Origin: Lachnospiraceae bacterium
Lineage (GTDB): Bacteria > Bacillota > Clostridia > Lachnospirales > Lachnospiraceae
DNA length: 47,543 bases
Reading direction: 5' to 3'
Assembly: GCA_026338065.1 (NCBI GenBank)
Contig: JAPKXI010000028.1
Location: 1-47,543 of the forward strand
Shown here: positions 17,110 through 25,629 of the stretch, in pieces
Position numbering within the stretch: position 1 is the first letter of the stretch
Layout: each line of letters opens with the position of its first letter
Position numbers and translations under genes: made by a program
Notes under the pieces: generated by a model
The model's database searches: none
What the model saw: the letters and a program-made list of their open reading frames with translations, nothing else
What the model was told of the DNA's origin: nothing

Positions 17110-19878
17110 TTAGGATTCTTCCTGATCGAGAGAATACCATGTCCGAAACAGCTTATCTGCTATCGCCGCCGCTTTTGTACTTCCTGCTCCTCCCTCTTCT
17201 ACAATCACACTCACTGCAATCTCTGGTTCCTCTGCAGGAGCAAACCCTACAAACCAAGAATGTGCCTCTTTCTTTACATCCCACTCTGCCGTTCCGGTCT
17301 TTCCTGCCACGGTATAATCCTCCGATGCAGCACGGCTTCCGGTTCCTTCTTCAACACACAGCATCATCCATTCTGTCAGTCTCTCTGCTTCTTCCTGGCT
17401 AATTGGTTCTCTGTACTTTTTTGGTCTATATTTCTTTACAGTAAATCCATGTGCATCTGTTATCCGATCTACAAAATAAGGCTTCATCATTACTCCGTCA
17501 TTGGCAATCGCTGCTGCTATCATCGCCTGATGAAGCGGCGTCATCTCTGCCGTTCCCTGTCCGATTGCCGTCTGCATCTTCTCCCAGTCAGGTGAATCCT
17601 GCTTCCATTCAAATTGACTCGATACATAAGATAGGGCAATCGGTAAATCCTGATTTAGTAAAAAACTCTCACAAAGATCCGTAAACCGCTCTGCTGAAAG
17701 CTTTGATGCAATACTGGCAAAAGCCCCATTGCAGGATTTCGCAAAAGCCGTTTCAAAGGAAATTGTTCCATGTGCTTTTTTATGATAACACTGAATAACA
17801 GCCCCCTGATACTCATAGGAACCCTCACAAGTATAGGAAAAATCGGAAATTTCTTCTGGAAATTCTCTGGCATACTCCAATGCCGTTAAAATCTTAAATG
17901 TAGAACCAGGCGGATAACGCCCCTGCGTAGCACGATTTAATAGATAACTCTGCTCGGTATCAGGATTTTCCGAAAGCGATTCCCAGATCTCTTCTATTTG
18001 ATTGGGATTATAATCCGGTTTTGAAACCATTGCAAGCACCTTTCCAGTAGAAGGCTCCATCACTACTACAGCCCCCTTTTCCTCTCCCAATGCTTCCCAA
18101 GCCGCTTTCTGAAGCGGATAATTTAACGTGGTCACAACTTGATTTCCTTTTTCTTTCTCTCCCTTTACTTCAGCCGCTATCTTTTCATAAATCGGAGCAT
18201 CGGAAGTTAAAAGCTGAAAATTATAAATCTTTTCCAGTCCGTCCTTTCCACTCTGTGAATATCCAACCACATGAGAAAACAGATTGCCAAACGGATACTC
18301 TCTTACCTCTGTCCCATCTGCTTCTATCTTTGTCTCTGCCAAAATCTCTCCGTCCGCTGACAGAATCGATCCCCGCACAACTTTTTTAGCAAACTCTTCC
18401 TGCCTCAGATTATAGGGATTATTTACAACTTCCTTACTCTCCGCTAAAAGAAAATATCCCAGATAACACGGCATCAAAATAAACAATCCGGTAAAAAGAT
18501 ACATAACCAGATAGAATTCCCGATTGCTGTTTCTTTTTTTTATTTGTATTTCTAACTCTATACTCTGCCCACAATCTGCCCTTACATCTGAATTTACATT
18601 TGCATTTGCATCAGAAATATACAGTCCCTGTATAATCCCATACATAATCAGGGAACTCAGCATCGAACTTCCCCCATAACTGACAAACGGAATCGTTACT
18701 CCAGTAGAAGGAATTAACTTCATCGCCCCGCCAATCGTTAAAAATACTTGGATCCCATATTCACAGGCAAGCCCTAATGCCATATATCGATAAAAACGGT
18801 GATGCATCTGAATTGCTGCATTTAAAATTAGCAAAAGACAGCCCAAGCAGATAAAAATAACACAGATCGCTACTAATCCTCCCATCTCTTCTGCAATTGC
18901 CGAAAAGAAAAAATCTTCCTCTACAACCGGAATCTGTGAAGGAGAGCCCTTATTGAGTCCGACTCCTAACCATCCTCCCGTTCCGATTGCAAAAAGAGAT
19001 TGTGCTATCTGATACCCTTTGCTTTCAATTACAGACCATGGATCTAACCATGCAGTCACTCTGGTCTGAATATGAGAAAATAGCTGATATGCTGTATAGG
19101 AAGCCGCTGCCCCCGCCGCCAGTCCGCCAAACAGATAAATCGGCTTTTTTGTAGCGACATAGACCATAAATACAAAGACCAATGAAAAGATCAATGCACT
19201 CCCTAAATCAGTTGAAGCAACCAAAATCAAGATATGTATTGCTGCTAAAATTCCTGTTTTTACTACCTGCTTCCAGTCATTTCTTACCTCAAACATAGCA
19301 GCAATAAAAAATACATAGCTGATTTTTACAAATTCGGACGGCTGAAAAGAAACACCCAGCAGTGCAATCGATAACTTTGCACCATAACTGGTCTCTGCCA
19401 AAATTAAAACAACCAAAAGCAGCAGTGCCCCGGCAATTCCATAGAGCCATGCAAATTTTCTCAATGCCTTCCACTTTTTCATAATATAGGGAATTACTGC
19501 CATAAAGACCGTACCCAATGCCAAGATTAAAAACTGCCGATTGGCCTTCCCTATCGAAAGTCTTGCCAGCATAATAAACCCTATCACCATTAACATGCAA
19601 ACCAAACTGGTTAAAATCTGCGATCCCTCTGGATAAGCTGTATGGAATAACGTCTCCATTAAAATCAGATAAACTAACTCTGCCCCATATAAAAGAATTA
19701 AATTTTCATTGCCTGTAGAAAGAAACAAGGATAAAAAACCTAAAAAATGAACAGAAAACAGACAAATATTTAACACCGCCAGCTTTCTTTTTCTATAATA
19801 GGCAAAAGAATAATACGTATATACCATAATCAGCAGAATAATCAGATATTTTGAAAATTCCTCTATCAGATGAATCAT
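17110..19878 (-). CDS. Natural fusion of a SEDS glycosyltransferase (FtsW/RodA/SpoVE) with a class B penicillin-binding protein transpeptidase
   Basis: N-terminal ~460 aa carries SEDS motifs FQPSEFVKI, DLGSALIF, GTGGWLGVGL, IPVVEEDFFFSAIAEEMG and IPFVSYGGSS. C-terminal ~450 aa carries the bPBP motifs STFK, SCN and KTGTAE. Single uninterrupted 922-aa ORF; GGGAGG RBS. Confidence 0.85.
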   Translation of the reverse strand: MIHLIEEFSKYLIILLIMVYTYYSFAYYRKRKLAVLNICLFSVHFLGFLSLFLSTGNENLILLYGAELVYLILMETLFHTAYPEGSQILTSLVCMLMVIGFIMLARLSIGKANRQFLILALGTVFMAVIPYIMKKWKALRKFAWLYGIAGALLLLVVLILAETSYGAKLSIALLGVSFQPSEFVKISYVFFIAAMFEVRNDWKQVVKTGILAAIHILILVASTDLGSALIFSLVFVFMVYVATKKPIYLFGGLAAGAAASYTAYQLFSHIQTRVTAWLDPWSVIESKGYQIAQSLFAIGTGGWLGVGLNKGSPSQIPVVEEDFFFSAIAEEMGGLVAICVIFICLGCLLLILNAAIQMHHRFYRYMALGLACEYGIQVFLTIGGAMKLIPSTGVTIPFVSYGGSSMLSSLIMYGIIQGLYISDANANVNSDVRADCGQSIELEIQIKKRNSNREFYLVMYLFTGLFILMPCYLGYFLLAESKEVVNNPYNLRQEEFAKKVVRGSILSADGEILAETKIEADGTEVREYPFGNLFSHVVGYSQSGKDGLEKIYNFQLLTSDAPIYEKIAAEVKGEKEKGNQVVTTLNYPLQKAAWEALGEEKGAVVVMEPSTGKVLAMVSKPDYNPNQIEEIWESLSENPDTEQSYLLNRATQGRYPPGSTFKILTALEYAREFPEEISDFSYTCEGSYEYQGAVIQCYHKKAHGTISFETAFAKSCNGAFASIASKLSAERFTDLCESFLLNQDLPIALSYVSSQFEWKQDSPDWEKMQTAIGQGTAEMTPLHQAMIAAAIANDGVMMKPYFVDRITDAHGFTVKKYRPKKYREPISQEEAERLTEWMMLCVEEGTGSRAASEDYTVAGKTGTAEWDVKKEAHSWFVGFAPAEEPEIAVSVIVEEGGAGSTKAAAIADKLFRTWYSLDQEES

Positions 19879-19899
19879 ACTCTACTACCTCCCTTGTAC

Positions 19900-22194
19900 T
19901 TACTCAACCCCCCGTTTTAAATGCCCTCTGGTAAATGCAAAAGGTTCTTCTAAAAATATCCTATTCTTCCGATATGCCTGAATAAATTTCGAAAGAATTT
20001 CCGTCATCTCCGCTACTGACTCCAAAGTAAAATCCAATCGTACCGCAGCAGGTGCAATCCGATCCACTTCTTTTTTTGCACTTAAAAGAGAAAGCGGCTT
20101 ACAGTTATAAATTTTATTATAACAAAACTTACATCTGTTTTTTACGATAAATTCATTGTGATAGCGATCCGTCAGTGTTAAAATGCCCGCCTGCTTCTTA
20201 CACCCCTTCTTATTTTTCATAATACACTGTGCCGATACCATCATAGGAAGATAGCCATAGACAATCAATTCACTCTTTTGATCGGCTATCTGTGCCAATT
20301 CCTTTCCGTTTAACTCCAAAGGAAGCGTAATCCACTCTGCTTTCCACTGTTCTTCAAATACCCGCATACTCTCAGAATTAAATCCATAAAGCGTAGAATC
20401 AAACCGAATCGAAACAGATTCTTTTCTCTCCCTATTCTTCTCCCTAACAAAAGAAAGCTCATCTAAATTTCTTACAACAAATCCGTCTATCCCTGCCTGC
20501 AATAACAGCTCATACTCCTGCTCTAACCACGCCTGCTCCAGATCTCGAAAGACAGGAGGCAGCATACAGTAAAACTGCTTTTTAGGAAACTGTTCCCGAT
20601 AACGTTTTATCTCCGCTGCCGAAAACTCACCGGCGTCCAAATAAATGGCAGAAATCTCCGAAAACGCCGCTGCCGCTGCTACATACTCCTTTTTTTCCAG
20701 ATATACATGAATCGGATAAAACGGCTGATCTGTAAAATCCACCTGTTTTTCGGTCTTTTTCCTATGATTTTCTCTGCAGAGTTCCTCTTCCTCACTGCGG
20801 CAATAAGGCTGCAGCAAAAATTTCTGCAGCTGCTCTAATGCCCTTCTTCGCAGTTCATTTAATTCCGTTACACGAATAAAACTTTTCCCGTCTGTCTGAA
20901 CAGAAAGCTCCGAAAAATAAAAAGGCGTACCGCCAGTTTTCTCTATCTGTCTGCGAATATTTTCCTGTGTAATTGGCTGTTTTTGTGCCAAAGCCACTTC
21001 TTCTCCCCATACCGTTACCCTATTTCCTTCTTCCTCTACCGTAAGTTCTGCTCTCTCTCCGCACTGCACCACAACCTTTCCGCAGACAGCCTCCTGAAGC
21101 TCTTCAGCAAGAAATTTTTTTCGAATATTTTTTATTAACTCCTGATTTCTGCTTTCATTCTCTCCCTCTTTCCCCTGAAAAAATATCATATCTTTTCCGT
21201 TTCTTTCTACATAATATCCCTTTGTAAATCCACCCCGATTATAGAGATCATATAGAATCTTTTTATCCTTATCCGACACCAAAAAACGCTCTCTTCCATA
21301 CTCCAAATACCAATCTAAATATTTTCGATAGATACTAACTACTCCTGCTGTATACTCTAATTTTTTCATTCTGCCTTCAATTTTAAGAGAATACACTCCC
21401 GCCTCTAAAATATCCGGCAGCAGTTCAATACTGCACAAATCCTTTGGACTTAAAAAATACCGTTCTTCCTTCTGACCTTTCTGTCCTCCCGGTTCACCAA
21501 CCTGATAAGGCAGACGGCAGGGCTGTGCACAACGTCCCCTATTTCCGCTTCTTCCTCCTGCCAAACTGCTAAATAAACACTGCCCGGAATAGCAGTAGCA
21601 AAGTGCCCCATGTACAAAGCTCTCTATCTCTAAAGTCTCTAGCCCCTTTGTTCTATGAATCTTTCGAATCTCTTCCAATGAAAGTTCCCGTGCCATTACC
21701 ACCCGGGCAGCCCCCATTTCTTTTAAAAGTTTTGCCCCATAGACTCCCGTCAATGTCATCTGTGTACTAGCGTGAATTGGAAGCTTTGGAAAATTCCTTT
21801 GAATAAAAGAAAATACCCCGATATCCTGCACAATAACGGCGTCTAACCCCTGCCGATAAAAAGGCAGCAGATAAGAGTACAGCTTTTCTTCCATCTCCTC
21901 TTCCTTCAATAAAGTATTCACTGTCAAATACAACTTTCTCTTATGAAGATGCACAAAATCAATTGCTGATAATAAAGCTTCGGTATCTAAATTGTTGGCA
22001 TAAGCCCTTGCACCAAATAAATTTCCCCCCAAATAAACGGCATCTGCTCCTGCCAAAACAGCCGCTTCCATCGTCTCATAAGAACCAGCAGGTGCCAGCA
22101 GTTCTGCCCTTTTTGCATGATGCACGTTATATTCCTGTCTTTTCTCTAAATCCATACCTCTTCTAACATACTTCCTTTCTAAAAAGAATGTCAT
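19900..22194 (-). CDS. U32 family peptidase (PrtC/collagenase-like, long form)
   Basis: ELLAPAGSYETMEAAVLAGADAVYLGG is the U32 N-terminal signature. Start placed at MTFF (22194) with AGGAG 6 nt upstream. Confidence 0.8.
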   Translation of the reverse strand: MTFFLERKYVRRGMDLEKRQEYNVHHAKRAELLAPAGSYETMEAAVLAGADAVYLGGNLFGARAYANNLDTEALLSAIDFVHLHKRKLYLTVNTLLKEEEMEEKLYSYLLPFYRQGLDAVIVQDIGVFSFIQRNFPKLPIHASTQMTLTGVYGAKLLKEMGAARVVMARELSLEEIRKIHRTKGLETLEIESFVHGALCYCYSGQCLFSSLAGGRSGNRGRCAQPCRLPYQVGEPGGQKGQKEERYFLSPKDLCSIELLPDILEAGVYSLKIEGRMKKLEYTAGVVSIYRKYLDWYLEYGRERFLVSDKDKKILYDLYNRGGFTKGYYVERNGKDMIFFQGKEGENESRNQELIKNIRKKFLAEELQEAVCGKVVVQCGERAELTVEEEGNRVTVWGEEVALAQKQPITQENIRRQIEKTGGTPFYFSELSVQTDGKSFIRVTELNELRRRALEQLQKFLLQPYCRSEEEELCRENHRKKTEKQVDFTDQPFYPIHVYLEKKEYVAAAAAFSEISAIYLDAGEFSAAEIKRYREQFPKKQFYCMLPPVFRDLEQAWLEQEYELLLQAGIDGFVVRNLDELSFVREKNRERKESVSIRFDSTLYGFNSESMRVFEEQWKAEWITLPLELNGKELAQIADQKSELIVYGYLPMMVSAQCIMKNKKGCKKQAGILTLTDRYHNEFIVKNRCKFCYNKIYNCKPLSLLSAKKEVDRIAPAAVRLDFTLESVAEMTEILSKFIQAYRKNRIFLEEPFAFTRGHLKRGVE

Positions 22195-22231
22195 GTCTTT
22201 CTCCTGAGAATGACATGACATGTTCTATTCT
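22189..22231 (-). promoter_or_regulatory. Hairpin spanning the RBS and start codon of the U32 peptidase gene, directly after the zapA stop
   Basis: atgtcatgtc-N14-gacatgacat is a 10-bp perfect inverted repeat whose loop contains AGGAGA and the ATG. Confidence 0.4.
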
Positions 22232-22695
22232 TATTTATCCTGTTTTTCATTCTTATGCTGCCCATCTTTACTTTTCTCTTCCTTTTGTACCGTTTTCGTA
22301 TGTGTTGCTTCTGCCTCTAAACGAATAATCGTCTTCTCCTGTTCACTCACTGTCCTTCGAAGAGCTTCCAATTCCAGTTCTTCCTCCTCCATACGAATCT
22401 TTAATCCTACTAACTCATGTTTTAAATTCGAAATCTCCTTATTGCGATCCTCCAATTCCAAACTTGCTGTATCTGCACTTTTCTTTGCTTTATAATAATC
22501 ATCTGCCACATTTAGATACATTAGGATATTTTGTACCTCTCGGTTCTGACGTTTATATCCCTCTGCCATACGTACCTCAGAAAGTTTCGCATTAATATAT
22601 GCAGCCACTTTATTTAGATATTCCGGGTCTTCATATCCGCTTAATGTATATACTTTTCCGTCAATAACCACCTGTACATTGTTCTTTAGTGCCAT
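22231..22695 (-). CDS. zapA: Cell division protein ZapA-like with a C-terminal coiled-coil extension
   Basis: VQVVIDGKVYTLSGYEDPEYLNKVAAYINAKL matches the ZapA N-domain pattern; 154 aa. Confidence 0.65.
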   Translation of the reverse strand: MALKNNVQVVIDGKVYTLSGYEDPEYLNKVAAYINAKLSEVRMAEGYKRQNREVQNILMYLNVADDYYKAKKSADTASLELEDRNKEISNLKHELVGLKIRMEEEELELEALRRTVSEQEKTIIRLEAEATHTKTVQKEEKSKDGQHKNEKQDK

Positions 22696-22815
22696 CCAGT
22701 ATCCTCTCCCTGTATCATTCTTCCTCTGTTATTAAACCTTATTATAATCAATTTCAGAAAAAAGCACAAGCACTTTATAAGAGGATTTTCTTTTCCAAAA
22801 TTTTCCTTCTCCTTA

Positions 22816-23805
22816 TTATTTTAATCCCAAATGCTGATAAGCCAGATCTGTTACAATTCTTCCGCGAGGTGTCCGCTGCAAAAATCCATTCTGAATCAGA
22901 TAAGGCTCAATCACTTCCTCTAAGGTCCCCGCATCCTCTCCCAATGCCGCTGCCAACGTATCCAATCCACAAGGACCTCCTGCGAACTTTTGTATCAAAG
23001 TAAGCAAAAACATCCGATCACTATTATCTAGTCCATACTTATCCACTTCCAGCAAATCCAAAGCAAAATTTGCCACGCTCTCCGTAATCACCCCATTATA
23101 CTTCACCTGTGCAAAATCCCGCACTCTTCTCAACAGCCGATTGGCAAGCCGAGGAGTCCCCCGGCTTCTTCTAGCCATCTCCATTGCCCCTGCCGGCTCT
23201 ATCTCCACTTTCAATACCTTAGCTGAGCGAAGTAAAATTGTCTGCAGTTCTTCCGGCGTATAAAATTCCAATCGATGAATCACCCCAAACCGATCCCGAA
23301 GAGGTGCCGTTAAAAGTCCTGCCCTAGTCGTAGCCCCCACCAGAGTAAACTTTGGCAAATCCAGCCGAATCGATCGTGCCGTAGCCCCCTTTCCAATCAC
23401 AATATCAATTGCAAAATCTTCCATTGCCGGATAGAGTACCTCTTCCACCTGCCGGTTTAACCGATGAATTTCATCAATAAACAGCACATCTCCCTCCTGC
23501 AGATTATTTAAAATAGCCGCTATTTCCCCCGGTTTTTCAATCGCAGGACCAGAAGTAATCTTCATATTTGTTCCCATCTCATTGGCAATAATTCCTGCAA
23601 GTGTCGTCTTCCCCAGTCCGGGAGGACCATAAAACAATACATGATCTAATGGCTCTTTTCGGCTCTTTGCAGCCTCAATATATATTTTAAGATTTTCCTT
23701 TGCCTTTGCCTGTCCAATATAGTCCTTTAAAAGCTGTGGTCTAAGATGATTTTCCACACTGCTGTCTTCTTCTGTCAGCTCTGTTGTTATAATTCTCTTT
23801 GCCAT
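22816..23805 (-). CDS. ruvB: Holliday junction branch migration ATPase RuvB
   Basis: Walker [12 protein letters not shown] and DEIHRL, ~329 aa, downstream of ruvA. Confidence 0.95.
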   Translation of the reverse strand: MAKRIITTELTEEDSSVENHLRPQLLKDYIGQAKAKENLKIYIEAAKSRKEPLDHVLFYGPPGLGKTTLAGIIANEMGTNMKITSGPAIEKPGEIAAILNNLQEGDVLFIDEIHRLNRQVEEVLYPAMEDFAIDIVIGKGATARSIRLDLPKFTLVGATTRAGLLTAPLRDRFGVIHRLEFYTPEELQTILLRSAKVLKVEIEPAGAMEMARRSRGTPRLANRLLRRVRDFAQVKYNGVITESVANFALDLLEVDKYGLDNSDRMFLLTLIQKFAGGPCGLDTLAAALGEDAGTLEEVIEPYLIQNGFLQRTPRGRIVTDLAYQHLGLK

Positions 23806-23821
23806 ATATAACCCTTCCGTC

Positions 23822-24430
23822 CTACCGACTGATCGTTTTTAAAGAAGCCTTTAGCAACGCTTCTACTGTCATTTCTTCTGTCACTGTTACCGCCCGAACC
23901 GCACGAAGAGCATCTGTCGGACTATATCCTAAAGCCGTCAATGCCTGCACCGCCTCATTCTGAATCTCTGCAGTCTGTCCCAAGAGCGACTTCTCCTCAT
24001 TTGCTATCTTCTGCTCAAATGCCTCTTCTAACTTTAATTTATCCTTTAATTCAATTACCATCTTCTGTGCTGTCTTGTTTCCGATTCCAGGTGCTTTTGC
24101 AATCGTTTTCGCATCTCCCGCCAATACGGCAAACCGCAGTTCATCTGCAGAAATGGTAGAAAGAATGGCTAAAGCTCCCTTTGGACCTATCCCGCTTACC
24201 CCTAAAAGAAGCCGAAAAATATTCATGTCATCTCTATTTAAAAATCCATATAAATCCAAAATATCTTCCCTTACATAGAGATATGTAAAAATTTGAATTT
24301 CACTGCCCACTGCCGGAAGCTTAGCAATAACAGCAGCAGGAACCCGTATTAAATACCCGATTCCATGATTCTCTACAACTGCAAAATCGGTACCAGCTTC
24401 TTTTAATTCCCCTTTAATATAATAAATCAT
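23822..24430 (-). CDS. ruvA: Holliday junction DNA helicase RuvA
   Basis: MIYYIKGEL...[10 protein letters not shown]-terminal OB domain and HhH motifs [10 protein letters not shown]...[11 protein letters not shown]; 202 aa. Confidence 0.9.
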   Translation of the reverse strand: MIYYIKGELKEAGTDFAVVENHGIGYLIRVPAAVIAKLPAVGSEIQIFTYLYVREDILDLYGFLNRDDMNIFRLLLGVSGIGPKGALAILSTISADELRFAVLAGDAKTIAKAPGIGNKTAQKMVIELKDKLKLEEAFEQKIANEEKSLLGQTAEIQNEAVQALTALGYSPTDALRAVRAVTVTEEMTVEALLKASLKTISR

Positions 24431-24624
24431 TGTGGTTCTCCTTACCCATAGTGTTACAAACCTGCTTCGATTAATCGAACATATATACGATTGTAGCAGA
24501 TTTTCTATTATCTGACAAGACCTTAATTCGAATCGATCGAATAGTAATCTGATTGTTTATAGTGAGCCAGAAAATTATTTATAGTGAGCCGAATGATTGT
24601 TTATGGCGATCCGGACGATTGCAT

Positions 24625-24748
24625 CTGCTGGTGAATCCCTGCTGGGGCCGTTTGCACTAAGGCTTCCTCGCAGCGGACACATAAGGCACGAAAGTACCGT
24701 GCCTAAGTGCCGGCGGGAAGCAATACCCCTGCAGGGATTCACCAGCAG
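24625..24748 (+). repeat. Family B repeat, copy B1: conserved ~93-nt core flanked by copy-specific perfect inverted arms
   Basis: Arms ctgctggtgaatccctgc / gcagggattcaccagcag. Core tggggccgtttgcactaaggcttcctcgcagcggacacataaggcacgaaagtaccgtgcctaagtgccggcgggaagcaataccc. Confidence 0.85.
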
Positions 24749-24790
24749 CTACAATCTGTCTATCTCAACGGAATGTTTGATAGAATCGCT

Positions 24791-25057
24791 TTACCAAGTT
24801 GTTTTCTGATCTTTATGTGTATAATGTTTCATCTGTACTAATAAATTGGACAATTTTTCTTGATAATATTCTTTCTGTTTTTCATCCAGTTTATTTGCAT
24901 CAAGATATTCCTGAAAAACCTTTTGAAATTCCTTTAAATTTTCTTGTGCTGCGTCTTTATAATTATTTGACATATTCATTTGTATCTTTTGTAAAATTGT
25001 CTCTAACTGAGCATTTTTCTTTGCTTTATTTTTCAGATCTTTAAAAAATAAAAACAC
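24791..25057 (-). CDS. Hypothetical small K/E/Q-rich protein (88 aa), lying between repeat copies
   Basis: ORF only; no recognisable domain. Confidence 0.3.
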   Translation of the reverse strand: MFLFFKDLKNKAKKNAQLETILQKIQMNMSNNYKDAAQENLKEFQKVFQEYLDANKLDEKQKEYYQEKLSNLLVQMKHYTHKDQKTTW

Positions 25058-25265
25058 GGATTTAATTTAACCTCCTAAATCTTTAAATTAAAAACATATC
25101 GCCTATTTTATATAAAAATGCGGAGAGAAATCCATATTTTTCCTCTCCGATCTATTTACCATCTCTATTATAAAAGCAGCCTTAAAATTTTTCAACTATA
25201 TTTTATTATAAATATAATATTCCATGTAAAACATAGGAAAATTTTCACTAAAGCATAAAAATCAA

Positions 25266-25366
25266 AGGAAATTCGCAATCCGCTTCACTACTCGCTCATA
25301 ACCTCATAGCCACTATCGCAACTTTTCAATGAAAGTCTAAAGTCTGCACTTCCTTGATGAGGTTAA
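25266..25366 (+). repeat. Family C repeat, copy C2 (leader module plus a shortened hairpin module)
   Basis: ggaaattcgcaatccgcttcactactcgctcataacctcatagccactatcgca...cttccttgatgaggttaaa, with the internal hairpins deleted relative to C1. Confidence 0.7.
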
Positions 25367-25383
25367 AATAAGGTACAAAACAG

Positions 25384-25521
25384 CTCGCCCTAAGGGATCT
25401 TTCTTTGCTGGGGCCGTTTGCACTAAGGCTTCCTCGCAGCGGACACATAAGGCACGAAAAGACCGTGCCTAAGTGCCGGCGGGAAGCAATACCCCTGCAA
25501 AGAAAGATCCCTTAGGGCGAG
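25384..25521 (+). repeat. Family B repeat, copy B2
   Basis: Arms ctcgccctaagggatctttctttgc / gcaaagaaagatcccttagggcgag, a perfect 25-bp inverted repeat. Core identical to B3 and B4. Confidence 0.85.
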
Positions 25522-25629
25522 CGTCAGGACTACCCAAAACAATTCTAAATCAAACAATCCCAAACCACTCCAAACAATCGAAACTCTACAATAAATGAAA
25601 AACTTAGTATAAAATATATTATACCTATT

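Noticed and set aside
24455-24520. LexA (Cheo) box upstream of ruvA
   Set aside because: Only a partial match (CGAACATATATACGAT versus consensus CGAACRNRYGTTCG); the right half-site is wrong. It is mentioned inside a finding but not annotated as a feature.
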